64,000 bases of DNA, taken from Squalus acanthias (taxonomy: Eukaryota). The position numbers and the translations under genes are program-made. Below the pieces are notes generated by a model. That model did no database searches. It worked only from the letters and a program-made list of their open reading frames with translations, and was not told the origin of the DNA. Of this stretch, positions 1 through 12,821 are shown one piece after another. Location: the NCBI GenBank assembly GCA_030390025.1, contig CM059432.1, positions 129,954,001-130,018,000 of the forward strand. Direction: 5' to 3'. The stretch's first letter is position 1, and every line of letters begins with the position of its first letter.

Positions 1-229
1 CCTGACCACTGGTCTGAGGTCATGAAGCTTCTTTGAGCACTGGAGCCAGGTGGTGGGGGCGACACAGCTGGCAGTGACGGCCTCGGTGATCTGGTCCCAC
101 ATCCTTCTTTCTGGAGATCCTCCTGGCCCCTGTGGGTAGAGGACCTCTCTTGCAGTGTTGACCCCCTGCACAAAGCTGGAGTGCTGCGTGTGAAACCCTG
201 GGTGCCCCTTCCCTGGCTTGTTGAGCCAT
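1..229 (-). pseudogene. Frameshifted exon 1 of a Harbinger Myb/SANT-like gene
   Basis: MAQQAREGAPR, then in another frame VQGVNTAREVLYPQG...MWDQITEAVTASCVAPTTWLQCSKKLHDLRPVVR, collinear with exon 1 at 14155-14391. Confidence 0.75.
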
Positions 230-693
230 TTGTGTTCGTGCTGCAGCACTTTTACCATGTTTTTTTTGGTGTGGAAGACAATTCAGCTTTAAGAACTGAA
301 GACTCCCATTTGGGAATTATTTTTAATGTTTTTTTTGAAAGGCAGTAAGGGCTGGAAAATGTATTTTTTTCACTTGATTTAAATTATTAGTTTTGAATGC
401 ATTGCTCCTTTAATTCAAAGCACTTTAATTGCCCACAATGCCTTGCGAACTCCACAGCCTCACTCCCAGAGGCAGTAAGAAGCAGCAACGCCGACTGTGG
501 ACGGGAACTTCGGGTCAGAGGTCTCCATTAACGCCACCACGAGGGCGTTGCACGGTAAGTTAGCGCTGCGCTCAACATCACCAACCTCCAGAGCCAATTT
601 TTCAGTGGTAGCGCTGCGGCCATTTTCAGCGGCTGTTAACTCGAGTTGTCGGTGACACCGGCAATTCTGCTGGCACGCACAAATTTTTTCCCC
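1..693 (-). mobile_element. End of a Harbinger-derived element running off the window start
   Basis: Ends in AAATTTTTTCCCC (681-693), resembling the GGGGGAAAAATT TIR of element 7005-11213. Contains TTAGCGC-type subterminal motifs and a Myb/SANT exon relic. Confidence 0.65.
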
Positions 694-1224
694 GTAATGT
701 TTTTATTAATACAGTTGAATATGGTCTATCACAAAAAATAAGAACTTTTAATCAGGGTATCTAGTCCACCACCTGTCAGTAACCTCATTTTAAATAACTG
801 AAAATGACTTAAAAAAACTATATGGAATCATTTGCTAGTTATATTAAGGTACATTAGTCAGTTTTTTAGTAAATTAAAAAACAAATTATGTTCAAAAGCT
901 TATAAAACGTGCCTATTAGCGCAGCCCAAAAAATGATGCGTTTTAAGATCTTCCTCGAAGACCTGCAAGTGGGTGCAATTAGTGGAAACTCCCAATGGTG
1001 ATTAATTCAATCTGGGGGTGTGGTCAGTTTTGTGGGTGGGGCCGGCTTTTAGCGCGGTTTTTTTAAATCGCGCAAAGAAATCGCAGAAACTCAATTGGCA
1101 CTGGATGTAATCTGCACTTGAAATTCCTCGATCTTTTGCGCTGGTTTGGTCAATTTTGGGCGATTGCGCTGAAAAAAAAGGCCATTGTGTCCAGTTTTGC
1201 TTTGCACACATGAAAAAGGCACTG

Positions 1225-2400
1225 GAGTTATTTTGACCAAAGGGTGAAAACAGGCGCTAAATGGGTGCTGTGTTAATAAGAAACGCCTGTTTGAAAGTCT
1301 GGTTTTAGCTCACATTTTCGGGCTAATTGATGATTGTCATGATTTGGACATGCCTGCAGGCGCTAGCTAGAAACCTGCAGGTTTAGCACGCAAGTGCTGG
1401 TTAGATGCAATTTTCGTGGAGCAGTATATGTGGGGTCCTCGCACCCACTTCTACTGAAGGTGTGGAGTCAGTGCTCCGGCTGGCACACAGCAGCACATTG
1501 CAGGATGGCTCAGGGACCGAGGGAGAGGGCGCACAGGTTCTTGGACGCTGCACTGGAGGTCCTGGTGGAGGAGGTCCAGAGGAGGAGGGATGTCCTGTAC
1601 CCGCAGGGATGGGGGAAGAACGCCACCTTGCCCTCCAGTCCCTCTCTCCTGCAGCAGCTGGTGTTGCTCTGCCTGGCCTCATGTCCTCCTCCCATTCCTC
1701 ATCCAGACCAAGGGAGACCCCTAGCAAGATACCAATCACCAAACACTCCCTTTCTCCTGGTGACTCATAAGGTGGAGTAGCACAGCACTTACTATGTTTA
1801 GGTGAAGTTCTCAGAGAATTTCTGGAATAGATGTCGCTTGAGTGTTGGTGAAGTCCTGACAAAGTGTCCCAGAAAGTCACCTGATGTGTTTCAAAGCTTC
1901 TCTTCACAGCTCCAGCAGCAATGACCATGAAATGGTGAGTATCCCTTTAAGTGGTGAGCAACGTTCAGAGGAGCCGCGCAGGCTGCTCACGGGCTTTTCA
2001 ATGTAAATAACCATGTGGAAAATTGAATGGGCCACGCAGCCAGTTAAAGAGCCCACGCATCAAAAAATAAAATTGCAGGGAACATTGCTGGTGAGTACCC
2101 CTTTAAGTAGCGCTTGAAATTGACATCAACGCCATGTTTACTCCCAAACAGCTGGTCGTGTTAGGAGAGGGCGTTAGCTGAAGTGCTAGCCACCAAAATG
2201 ATGTGCAGTCTCTTTAATGAGTGCGAGCAAGCATTTTAAGTGGCAATCAGCTGTTTAACAAGCTGTTCCTAGTGCTGGCTTCAACACCTTTACCAAGGTG
2301 GCAATTTACACTAAACGCGGACTAAACCGGCATTTCAGCTTAAGGCGCCATCTTGGCCACCTCTTTACTGCCTAAACTTTTCAGCAAAAAATCGCCCCCC
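1225..2400 (+). mobile_element. Decayed non-autonomous Harbinger element with Myb/SANT N-terminal relic
   Basis: 1505-1610 reads MAQGPRERAHRFLDAALEVLVEEVQRRRDVLYPQG. Right end AAAAATCGCCCCCC resembles the other Harbinger TIRs. Left boundary is approximate. Confidence 0.55.
1959..2087. mobile_element. hAT-type MITE
   Basis: Termini CAACGTTC...GAACATTG with near-perfect 8-bp TSD GTGGTGAG/CTGGTGAG. Related copies at 35515 and 53623. Confidence 0.7.
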
Positions 2401-3514
2401 TAAAGGCCCTGGAGAAGGTGCAGAGGAGGGCAAGCAGACTGATACCTATCCTTTGGGCTCATGGTTATCAGGATAGGCCAGAAGAGTTAGGGCTACAGGG
2501 CAGAAATTACAAGGCTCCGCCGCTGGTGCAAAGCCTCAATGGGTGTGAGCGTGGGCTGGATATAAGGTCACAACACTGGAGCCCTGATTCTGTGCCCCGT
2601 GATTGCACCTAGTGACTCTCCAATGTCAGAACACAGCCTCGCAACTTCTGCCCTTGCATGTTCATTTTCAATTTAATCCAGAAATAACGTTATCTCAACA
2701 ATATCGTTGTATCGTGGAAACTCTGACAGTTGATGAGCAGCGTTTGATGGATCAAATTGCCTGAAGTAATGCTTTAATCTTGACAAGCTAAAATACTTGA
2801 AATGGGGATTAGCTTGGACTTTAGAAGTCAACAGCAGGAAAAAAATAATGGAGTAAGAAATCTATAACTGGCTACTTTGAACTATACTTGAAAACAATCT
2901 AATAGTTGTGGCAATTTGCTACAGCATATGCAGCGGTGTGTTCTAACCTCATTACCTCAGTTACCTCATTAATATAAGTTCGGAGAAGGATAAATATAGT
3001 CTCTCAGTAAAAGTATAGGCAAGGCTTTAATCAGCAGTGAGAAGGAAACATTTACTAATGAATGGAAGAAGTTCAAATTGCATTCAAATTATCACTCCTT
3101 GACATCTTTAGAGTGAATTAAGAGTTAACCAGTGCAGTACTGTACCGAGATTCTGCTAGTAACTGAACTACATCTTTGAATTGAGTTGGTTTATGTAGGA
3201 CAACTCAACAGCGTCATATATGAAACGTCTAGATACAAACATAAATCCAATCCATTATTCCTATAGTGTTTATTATAGTTTTATCAGTGGTTTACAGCTT
3301 GACATATTTATTCAGTTCTACTGCTTCTAATCCTTCAGCACTCAGATTTTAGATCTGAATAGATTATACAAAAAGTATTGACAAGATCAAAGGGACCCTA
3401 AGAGTTCCACTGCATTGGGCCTCGCAAAGTGTAAAGCTAATCCTGGCTGCACAACTTGATATTGTCAGCAATTCTATAATATTACAAGAGGCTCCAGCGT
3501 CTATATTATTTTGA

Positions 3515-5340
3515 ATAAGAACATAAGAATTAGGAGCTGGAGTAGGCCATACAACCCCCTCGAGCCTGCTCCGCCATTCAATAAGATCATGGCTGATCTT
3601 CAACCTCAACTCCACTTTCCTGCCCGATCCCCACATCCCTTGATTCCTCTGAGTCCAAAAATCTATCGATCTCGGCCTTGAATATACTCAACGACTCAGC
3701 ATTCACAGTCCTCTGGGGTAGAGAATTCCAAAGATTCACAACCCTCTGAGTGAAGAAATTCCTCCTCATCTGAGTCTTAAAAGGCCGGCCCTTTATCCTG
3801 AGACTATGCCCCCTAGTTCTAGACTCTCCAGCCAGGGGAAACAATCTCTCAGCATCTACCCTGTCAGTCCCCATCAGACTCTTGTATGTTTCAATGAGAC
3901 CACCTCTCATTCTTCAAAACTCCAGAGTATAGCCCCAATCTACTCAATCTCTCCTCATAGGACAACCCTATCATCCCAGGAATCATTCTACTGAAGCTTT
4001 GTTGCACCGCCTCTAAGGCAAGTATATCCTTCCTGAAATAAGGAGATCAAAACTGTGCACAGTACTCCAGGTGTGGTCTCACCAGAGCCCTGTACAATTG
4101 TAGCAAGAATTCCTTACTCTTGTACTCCAACCCTCTAGCAATAAAGGCCAACATGCCATTTGCCTTCCTAATTGCTTGCTGTACCTGCATGTTAACTCTC
4201 TGTGTTTCTTGTACGAGGATACCTAAATCTCTCTGACACCAACATTTAATAGTTTCTCACCATTTAAAAATTATTCTGTTTTTCTATTCTTCCTACCAAA
4301 GTGAATAACCTCACATTTTCCCACATTATACTCCATCTGCCACCTTATTGCCCACCCACGTAACCTGTTTATATCCCTTTGCAGGCTTTTTGCGTCCTCC
4401 TCACATCTTACTTTTCCACCTAGCTTTGCATCATCAGCAAACTTGGATACATTGCACTCGGTCCCTTCATCTAAGTCATTAATATAGATTGTAAATAGCT
4501 GAGGCTCAAGCACTGATCCTTGTGATACACCACTAGTTACAGCCTGCCAACCTGAAAATGACCCATTTATCCCTACTCTTTGTTTTCTGTCTGTTAACCA
4601 ATCCTTTATCCATGTTAATACATTACCCCAAATCCCATGTGCCCTTATCTTTCTTAACAACTTTTTATGTGGCACCTTATCAAATGCCTTTTGGAAATCC
4701 AAATATATTACATTCACTGGTTCCCCTTTATCTACCCTGCTAGTTACGTCCTCAAAAAACTCTAATAAATTTGTCAAATACGATTTACCTTTCATAAAAC
4801 CATGCCTAATCATAGTATGATTTTCTAAGTACCATGTTACCACTTCCTTAATAATGGATTCCAGCATTTTCCTGATGACTGATGTCAGGCTAACTGGCCT
4901 GTAGTTCCCTGATTTCTCTTTCCCTCCTTTCTTGAATAGCGGGGTTATATTTGCTACCTTCCAATCTGTTGGGATCGTTCCTGAATCTAGAGAATTTTGG
5001 AAGATCACAACCAAAGCATCCACTATCTCTGCAGCCACCTCTTTTAGAACCCTAGGATGTAGGCCATCAGGTCCAGGGGATTTGACAGCTTTTAGTCCCA
5101 TTAGTTTCTCAAGTACTTTTTCTCTACTGGTATCAATTACTTTAAGTTCCTCGCTCTTATTGGTTCCCCACTATTTTTGGTACACCTTTTCTGTCTTCTA
5201 CTGTGAAGACAGATACAAAATATTTGTTTAAAGTCTCTGCCATTTCCTTGTGCCCCAATATAATTTCTCCTGTCTCAGCCTCTAAGGGACCAACACTTAC
5301 TTTTGCTACGCTCTTCCTTTTTACATACTTGTAGAAGCTT
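3515..5340 (-). mobile_element. CR1 LINE copy 1, 3' part (RT and tail); resumes at ~20949
   Basis: RT motifs [43 protein letters not shown] and the C-terminal RGHSLRIKG..NFFTQRVVNLWNSLP. Tail ATAAGAACATAAGAA. Has indels. Confidence 0.92.
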
Positions 5341-6148
5341 ACATAGGATTACATTGGATATACAGCACAGAAACAGGCCATTTGGACCAACCTGTCCATG
5401 CTGGCATTTATGCTCCACTCGAGCCTCCTCCCGTCTTTCCTCATCTAAATCTATCAGTGTAACCCTCTATTCCCTTCTCCCTCATATGCTTGTCTAGCCT
5501 CCCCTTAAATGTATCTATACTTTTCGCTTCAACCACTCCCTGTGGTAGCGAGTTCCACATTCTCACCACTCTTTGGGTAAAGAAATTTCTTCTGAATTCC
5601 TTATTCGAATTCTTGGTGACTATCTTATATTGATGGCCTCTAGTCATGCTCTTCCCCACAAGTGGAAACATTCTCTCTGTATCCACTCTATCAAAACCTT
5701 TCATAATTTTAAAGACCTCTATTAAGTCACCCCTCAGCCTTCTTTATTCAAGAGAAAAGAGACCCAGCCTGTTCATCCTTTCCTGATATGTATACCCTCG
5801 CATTTCTGGTATCATCCTTATAAATCTTCTCTGCACCCTCTCCAGTGCCTCTATATCCTTTTTATATTATGGCGACCAGAACTGTACGCAGTACTTTAAG
5901 AGTAGACTAACCAAGGTTTGATACAGGTTTAGCATAACTTCCCTACTTTTCAATTCTATACCTCTAGAAATAAACCCTAGTGCTTGGTTTGCTTTTTTAT
6001 GGCCTTGCTAATCTGTATCGCAACTTTTAGTGATTTATGTATTTGTACTCCTAGATCCCTTTGTTCCTCTACCCGACCTAGACTTGAACCCTCCAAGTAA
6101 TAAGTAACCTCCCTATTCTTCCTACCAAAATGTAATACCTCACATTTA
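5341..6148 (-). mobile_element. CR1 LINE copy 2, 3' segment, nested in copy 1
   Basis: KCEVLHFGRKN..QRDLGV and FFTQRVVRMWNSLP, with a distinct 3' tail at 5341. Confidence 0.9.
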
Positions 6149-6993
6149 GGGCTGGATTTTGATACTGGGGTCGGGTTGGTGTCATGAATCCCACATTTTG
6201 GCTTGTGAACCCGCCTCCATCGAGATGTGGCAAACCCACTGTATTTTCCCTTGATTGACCTTGTTGAGCCTGGCCAGTGGGCACAGCAGGCCAATTAAGG
6301 GCCACCTGGCAACAGGTGATGTCACAGATTGACATTTCATCTGTCAAGAGCTTTTGACAGATGAAATATCAGCGTTTGACAGCTCTGTGAAGCTGTCAAA
6401 CACTGACAATATGATTTCTAACTTGAGTCATTCCTCTCAGGCTGAGTTAGAAATCATTCCAGCACAGAAAACAGAAGGCTGCAGTTTTTGACAGAACCAC
6501 GGCTTTCCTGCTTTCTGTGCCGGTGAGATTTCTGACTCCCGAGAACTGAAGGGCTGACACCTGCAGGAGGAAGTTAAGGTAAGTAAAACTTTTTCCCACA
6601 CTTAGCACTTTCCTTACACACTTACCTCTGCACACATGCACCCATCACTCACCTGCCCACCGGACATATCGACCCCTCCAACCCCTGCAGACCCACGGTC
6701 CACCCCGATAACTTGGCGTGGTTGCCACCTGTCGGGAAGCCCACATTTCACCTTTTAAAATAGGGATTAGGCAACAAACTGCCTGTTAACTACCTGTTAA
6801 CAGGCAGTTAATTGTCACTAATCCCCTTCCCGCCTCGGGGAGTCGGGTCTCAGCACAGGTCGGGTACCCGCCGCCAGCGAAACTGGCATGGAGGCGGGTT
6901 GGAGGCGGGATGGGGTCGGGACCCCCGAATCTGCAACTTTAACCCCCCACACGCCTCCAAACCCGACTCCACGGGTCATTGAAAATCCAGCCC
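6149..6993 (+). mobile_element. Harbinger-type MITE family A, copy 1 (hairpin-array MITE)
   Basis: TIR GGGCTGGATTTT/AAAATCCAGCCC, TSD TTA, GGAGGCGGG subterminal motifs, internal hairpin array 6330-6523. Confidence 0.9.
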
Positions 6994-7513
6994 TTAGAGT
7001 CACAGGGGGAAAAATTCAGTTGGTTTGCGCCTCCCGTTAGCACCTTAAGAGGGCGCTAATGGGGCGCAAAGCAACTAGCGCCTGGGCGCAGCGATATCTG
7101 CGCCGCTCACGAAATTGACCAGACATTTTGTGGCGGCGCTAAACAATACCGCCCCGATCTCCTACGCACGCAGATCTTGACGTCATTCAAGCGTGCAATG
7201 CCCTTGTGGCGCCCCGGAGTGGATATTGAGTGGCGCCCCCCTCCTTTCCACCTGGCACAAGCAACGACAGGTAGACTAGAACGTTTCCCAGTCGCTGTGG
7301 GGCTGGGGGGGTGCTATTTAAACGTGGCTTCTTCCTGGCTTTTTCTGTGGTAGACATTTTTGCACCACTCATTCTGACAGAGAGAGAGATTCTGAGAGAG
7401 AGAAGGAGAGACTTCTGCATAGAGTCAACGCTGTGTGAAGTAGTTTTGGCTACTGAGCATCACTTTGCAGGTACTTTTGTTTTTGACCTTCATTACTTCA
7501 ATTGCCAAGAGAC

Positions 7514-8669
7514 TTGGGGGCTGCACTGATGCGGGGCGTCGTCCTGCGCCTGCAGATTCGGAGGCCACAGAGACGCAGAGAGAGAGTGGCAATCATGGCC
7601 AGACGGAGGAGGGCCAACAGGCCTCTGCACAGGAGACTTACCCTCCCAGGGTATTTCGCCAACAATTCTCCTACATTAATATGTCTGAGGAGCAGTGTTT
7701 GCACAGGCTGCGCTTCAGCAAGGAGGTGGTCACTGAGCTCTGCCACCTGCTGCAGCCAGATCTGCAGCCTCTACTGAGGACCAGGACGTCTCTGTCGGCA
7801 GTGAAGATCACGGTGGCTCTGAACTTTTATGCCACCGGCTCCTTTCAAGCAGCTACTGGGGACATCGCCAATATCTCCCAGTTCACTGTCCATTGCTGCA
7901 TCCGTCAGGTCACAAATGCCCTCTATAAAAGGAGACGCCAGTACATCTCTTTCCCGATGACCCGGGCCAAACAGCATGAACGCGCATTGGGCTTTGCGAG
8001 GATAGCGGGCTTCCCCATGGTGCAGGGTGCCATTGACTGCACGCATGTGGCATTGCGTGCACCGCATGAGAATGCAGAGGATTTCCGCAACCGAAAGGGA
8101 TTCCACTCTCTAAACGCCCAGTTGGTCTGTGACCACAGACAGCTGATACTCGCTGTCATGCCCGCTATCCTGGCAGCAGCCACGATGCATTCATCCTACG
8201 CCAGACTACTGTGGCAGACCTTTTCCAGGCACCGCATCACCCAAGTGGTTGGCTTCTCGGGGACAATGGTTATCCACTGTGCACCTGGCTGATGACACTG
8301 CTCCGTACCCCCAACACCCCTGCTGAGCTGCGGTACAACGAGAGCCATCTCGCCAACAGGAACATCGTTGAGCACACAATCGGCGTGCTCAAGCAACGGT
8401 TCTGCTGTCTGGACCACTCAGGAGGAGCCCTGCAGTACTCGCCTGAGCGAGTCTCCCTCTTCATAGTTGTGTGCTGCATGCTGCATAACCTGGCAATCCT
8501 CAGGCCCCAGCCAATGCCACCAGGCCTTGGAACACCACCAGAGGAGGAGGAGGAAGAGGAGGAGGAAGTGGAGGAGGATGATCATCAGCAGCACCAAGGC
8601 GGGAGGGAGGCACACAATGTTGAAACTGGAAGGGCCGTCCATCAACGGCTGATAGCAAGCCGCTTCTAG
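7514..8669 (+). pseudogene. Harbinger DDE transposase (HARBI1-like), frameshifted
   Basis: [42 protein letters not shown]. 1-bp deletion near 8158 splits it into ORFs 7465-8292 and 8211-8669. Start ATG reads TTG. Confidence 0.92.
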
Positions 8670-8981
8670 GCCCCTGCTAAGGAAATGGCTTCTGCCATTG
8701 AGAACAACATGAATGAAACCAACCCACAACCCCTAAGCCGGCCAAGGCAACAATGATTCCAAAGACCAAACATGTATATTTTGAATACAAAAAATTATTT
8801 ATTTTACAAACTCTGTGTGTGTCATTTCTTCATGACAAACTAATAGAAAGAAACACAAAAAAACAGTCATTTAACATAACTGGTTCTCACAACCTGGAGA
8901 TAATGTCCAAAACACTAAACAAAAGTTTGACCACGAACCTCGGCCTTTAATAAAAAATTGACAAACATTTTGTCGCACCTC

Positions 8982-10886
8982 CTACTTTTTGCCCTTCGAG
9001 GGTGATCTCCTTCCCTTGCGCACTTCCCCCCTTCCCACCCTACTGCTCCTCCGTAATGGGGCCCCAGTGGCTGCAGCAAGGCTGGTGGAAGGCTGCTGAT
9101 TGTCAGAACCTGAGACTGCAGATGCCCTTGAAGGACGGCCTCGACCAGCTCTGGGCCTGGAGAGCCCGGCTGCAGACTGCACCAACTCTGCATGGGCGGC
9201 AGCAGTCTGGCCTACAGGCGCTGGCAAGTGCAGTGGAGAAGTGACAGTGGTGGCAGCAGGAATGCTGTCATCTTGAGAGAGGTCAGCACTTCACCATCCG
9301 GAGCAATCTGCTGGAGCACAGATTGCTGGCCTGCTGCGGCGCAGTGAGAATGGCAGCAGTCAGTGCTTGTGTGACCTCAATCTGAGTCTGCATGAGAGCA
9401 GTCTGAGATGGGGTCATGGCAGCCAGTGACTGAATTGCAGCACTAAGCTTTAGCGTGGCATCCACCTGTGCTACAGCGAAGTGCTCCACACTCCTTGCCA
9501 GTGCATCAATGCAATCGGGCACCCTTCCCACTGCACCCATGAGCTCAGTGTGCATGTCCACCGCATGGGTGTTCATATCAGCGATGAGCCGCACCTCCTC
9601 TGCGTCCAGTGCAGCAGGACTCGCTGGCCTACTCTCCCTCGGGGAGAAGGCCCCCGAGCTTCCCTACCCCCATCACGTTGCTGCAGCCCGCTGGGTCCTG
9701 GAGCTTCACCCTCATCAGACCCTTCCCCCCTGCTCCTCTCCAGGGAAGGCGTGTTCCCAGTGTGGGCATGGGCTTCCTCGGGAGAGGGTGGCGCTAATGC
9801 TCCGGCTTCATCTTCCTCCTCGCCTGCAGCTTCTCTCCCACTGGCAGCTTGAGGGCCCGTCTCCTCAGCTGGTGAATCACCATCTGAAAGCAGGGAGGTA
9901 CAAGAGTGGCTGTAGCGTGAGGACAGGGGGGCAGTAAGGGAGGAATGAGTGCAGCGATTTAGTAAGTTGGATTGAAAGTGTCAAAGGCTGGTGTTGTGAG
10001 GGACAAGTGGAAGGAGAGAGGAGAAAAAGGTGATCACCTTACCATTGCTGTCCAGAACGGGGTCGGCCTCTCCAGGGGCGACAGGACCGATCATCTGGCT
10101 TGCCACAATCCTGTGGACGCGCACCTCAAGATCGCTGAGGGGTTGCAGCTGAGGCCACCCTCCACCCGTCTGTTGCTGCTGTCTCCTATTATGAGATAGC
10201 TTGGCCTGCAAGAAAAAGGACGGCATCTGAGTAAATATACAGCCATGGTCTTGCCTGATGTGCCTCCCATAATTGAATAGCCCTTACTGTATGCAGCCAT
10301 GGTCTTGCCTGATGTGCCTCCCATAATTGAATAGCCCTTACTGTATGCAGCCATGGTCTTGCCTGATGTGCCTCCCATAATTGAATAGCCCTTACTGTAT
10401 GCAGCCATGGTCTTGCCTGATGTGCCTCCCATAGGTGAATAGCCCTTACTGTATGCAGCCATGGTCTTGCCTGATGTGCCTGCCATAGCTGAATAGCCCT
10501 TACTGTATGCAAAGTGTGGAATGTGCGTGTGTTTCATGAGAGGGCCATAGGTGTTGGATGAGTTTTGGGCATTGGGGTTTTAAGACCCTCTGGCCATAGA
10601 GTGAGGTTGAGATGGAGGGATGGAGAGGTATTGAAAAAAAGCCACTCACCCTGACGACCCGAGTGAGGTCGTTGAACTTTTTTCGACACTGAGTATGGGT
10701 CCTGGGCGCCATGCTCCTGGAGGAGATGCTCTGAGCCACCTCCCCCCACACTCTTCTGTACTCGCGCAGCAAAGGCCTCCTGCCACTCTCAGGGTACAGT
10801 ATAGATCTTCTGCGCTCCACCACACCAACCAGAGAATCCAAGGCCCGCTCGCTGAAGCGCTGAGCTCATTCTCTCACCCTCTCCAT
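8982..10886 (-). pseudogene. Three-exon Myb/SANT-like gene of E1 (exons 10886-10650, 10205-10043, 9883-8982)
   Basis: Same GT-AG exon structure as the open copy in E2. TGA at codon 7 and deletions in exon 3. Confidence 0.88.
10238..10510. repeat. 54-bp minisatellite, about 5 units, in intron 1 of the E1 Myb gene
   Basis: Unit ATGCAGCCATGGTCTTGCCTGATGTGCCTCCCATAATTGAATAGCCCTTACTGT. About 2 units at 14532-14644 in E2. Confidence 0.95.
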
Positions 10887-11213
10887 AGTCCTTGGCTGGA
10901 AGATTTAGGCACAGGTCTCTCCAGGCCTAGATTCAAGGCTCCAATGAGCAGGGTGTGGCTGGAGAGCAAGATCGACCCTCCCCTTACAGTGTGTCTGTAT
11001 TCCATCGCTAACTGACAGCACTCTGAGTTAGCGCCTCACTCCTCGGCCTTTGCGCTTAAGACAGGTGTGTAGCGCCTGATTTAGCGCTCCAATCACCTCC
11101 AGGAGCGATAAAAGCCAAGTTTGCAGTCGGAGGCGATAATTAGCGCCAGGCGCTAAACTTTGCGCACGGCCGATAATGGCGCCCCAAACGGGGCGATAGT
11201 GAATTTTTCCCCC

Positions 11214-12820
11214 ATAGAATCTTACAGCACAGAAAGAGACCCTTCGGCCCATTGTGTCCAGCACCTGGTCCGTAGCCTTGTATGCTATGGCATTTCAAGT
11301 GCTCATCTAAATGCTTCTTGAATGTTGTGAGGGTTCCTGCCTCTACCATCCTTTCAGGCAGTGAGTTCCAGATTCCAACCACCCTCTGGGTGAAAAAGTT
11401 TTCCCTCAAATCCCCTCTAAACCTCCTGCCCCTTACCTTGAAACTATGCCCCCCGGTTATTGACCCCTCTACTAAGGGGAAAAGTTCCTTTCTATCTACC
11501 CTATCTATGCCCCTCATAATTTTGTACACCTCAATCAGGTCCCCCCTCAGCCTTCTCTGCTCTAAGGAAAACAACCCCAGCCTGTCCAGTCTCTCTTCAT
11601 AGCTGAAGTGCTCCAGCCCAGGTAACATCCTGGTGAACCTCCTCTGCACCCTCTCCAATGCAATCACATCCCTCCTATAGTGTGGCGACCAGAACTGCAC
11701 ACAGTATTCCAGCTGTGGCCTAACTAGTGTTTTGTACAGCTCCATCATAACTTCCCTGCTCTTATATTCTATGCCTCAGCTAATGAAGGCAAGTATCCCA
11801 TATGCCTTTTTAACCACCTTATCTACCTGTCCTGCTGCCTTCAGGGATCTATGTACATGCACACCAAGGTCCCTCTGATCCTCTGTCCTTCCTAGGATCC
11901 TACCATTCATTGTGTATTCCCTTGCCTTGTTAGTCCTCCCAAAATGCATCACCTCACACTTTTCAGGGTTAAATTCCATTTGCCACTGTTCTGCCCATCT
12001 GACCAACCCGTCTATATCGTCCTGTAGCCTGAGGCTTCCCTCCTCGCTATTTACCACTCCACCAATTTTCGTGTCATCTGCGAACTTACTGATCATACCT
12101 CCTACATTCATATCTAAATCATTAATGTACACTACAAATAGCAAAGGACCCAGCATCGATCCCTGCGGTACACCACTGGACACAGGCTTCCAGTCACAAA
12201 AACAACCTTCGACCATCACCCTCTGCCTTTTGCCACTTAAGCCAATTTTGGATCCAATGTGCCAAATTGCCCTGGATCCCATGGGCTCTTACCTTCTTGA
12301 CCAGTCTCCCATGTGGAACTTTGTCAAAAGCCTTACTGAAGTCCATGTAGACTACATCAACTGCACTACCCTCATCCACACACCTAGTCACCCCCTCAAA
12401 AAATTAAATCAAATTAGTTAGACATGATCTCCCCCTGACAAAGCCATGCTGACTATCCTTGATTAATCCTTGCCTCTCCAAGTGGAGACTAATTCTGTCC
12501 CTCAGAATTTTTTCCAATAATTTCCCTACCACTGATGTTAGGCTCACTGGCCTGTAATTCCTTGGTTTATCCCTACTACCCTTCTTGAATAATGGTACTA
12601 CGTTAGCTGTTCTCCAGTCCTCTGGCACCTCCCCTGTGGCCAGAGAGGTTCTGAAAATTTGTGTCATAGCCCCTGCAATCTCCTCCCTTGGAGCATGGGA
12701 TGGGATACATCTCATCAGGGCCTGGGGATTTATCCACTTTTAAGCCCACTAAACCCGCTAGTACCTCCTCCCTCTCATTATTAATTTGTTCAAGTATATC
12801 ACAATCCCCCTGCCTGATTT
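11214..12820 (-). mobile_element. CR1 LINE copy 3; its 3' tail starts at ~6995 and is split by E1
   Basis: RT motifs NYRPVSLTS, VYMDFSKAFDKV, QGSMLGP, KFADD, LVRPQLEYCVQFWSP. Confidence 0.92.
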
Positions 12821-12821
12821 C

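Larger units (their letters stand above)
7005..11213 (+). mobile_element. Full-length PIF/Harbinger transposon E1, defective
   Basis: 14-bp TIR GGGGGAAAAATTCA/TGAATTTTTCCCCC, flanks ACA/ATA, convergent transposase (+) and Myb/SANT (-) genes. Confidence 0.93.

Noticed and set aside
6378..6400. CTGTGAAGC resembles the miR-30 loop
   Set aside because: The stem arms do not match miR-30 and the hairpin is too short; it is part of the MITE array.
10091..10537. Repetitive 148-aa ORF (AYSKGYSIMGGTSGKTMA)n; also considered as a CRISPR-like array
   Set aside because: It is a translation of an intronic 54-bp tandem repeat. Units are contiguous with no unique spacers, and the context is eukaryotic.
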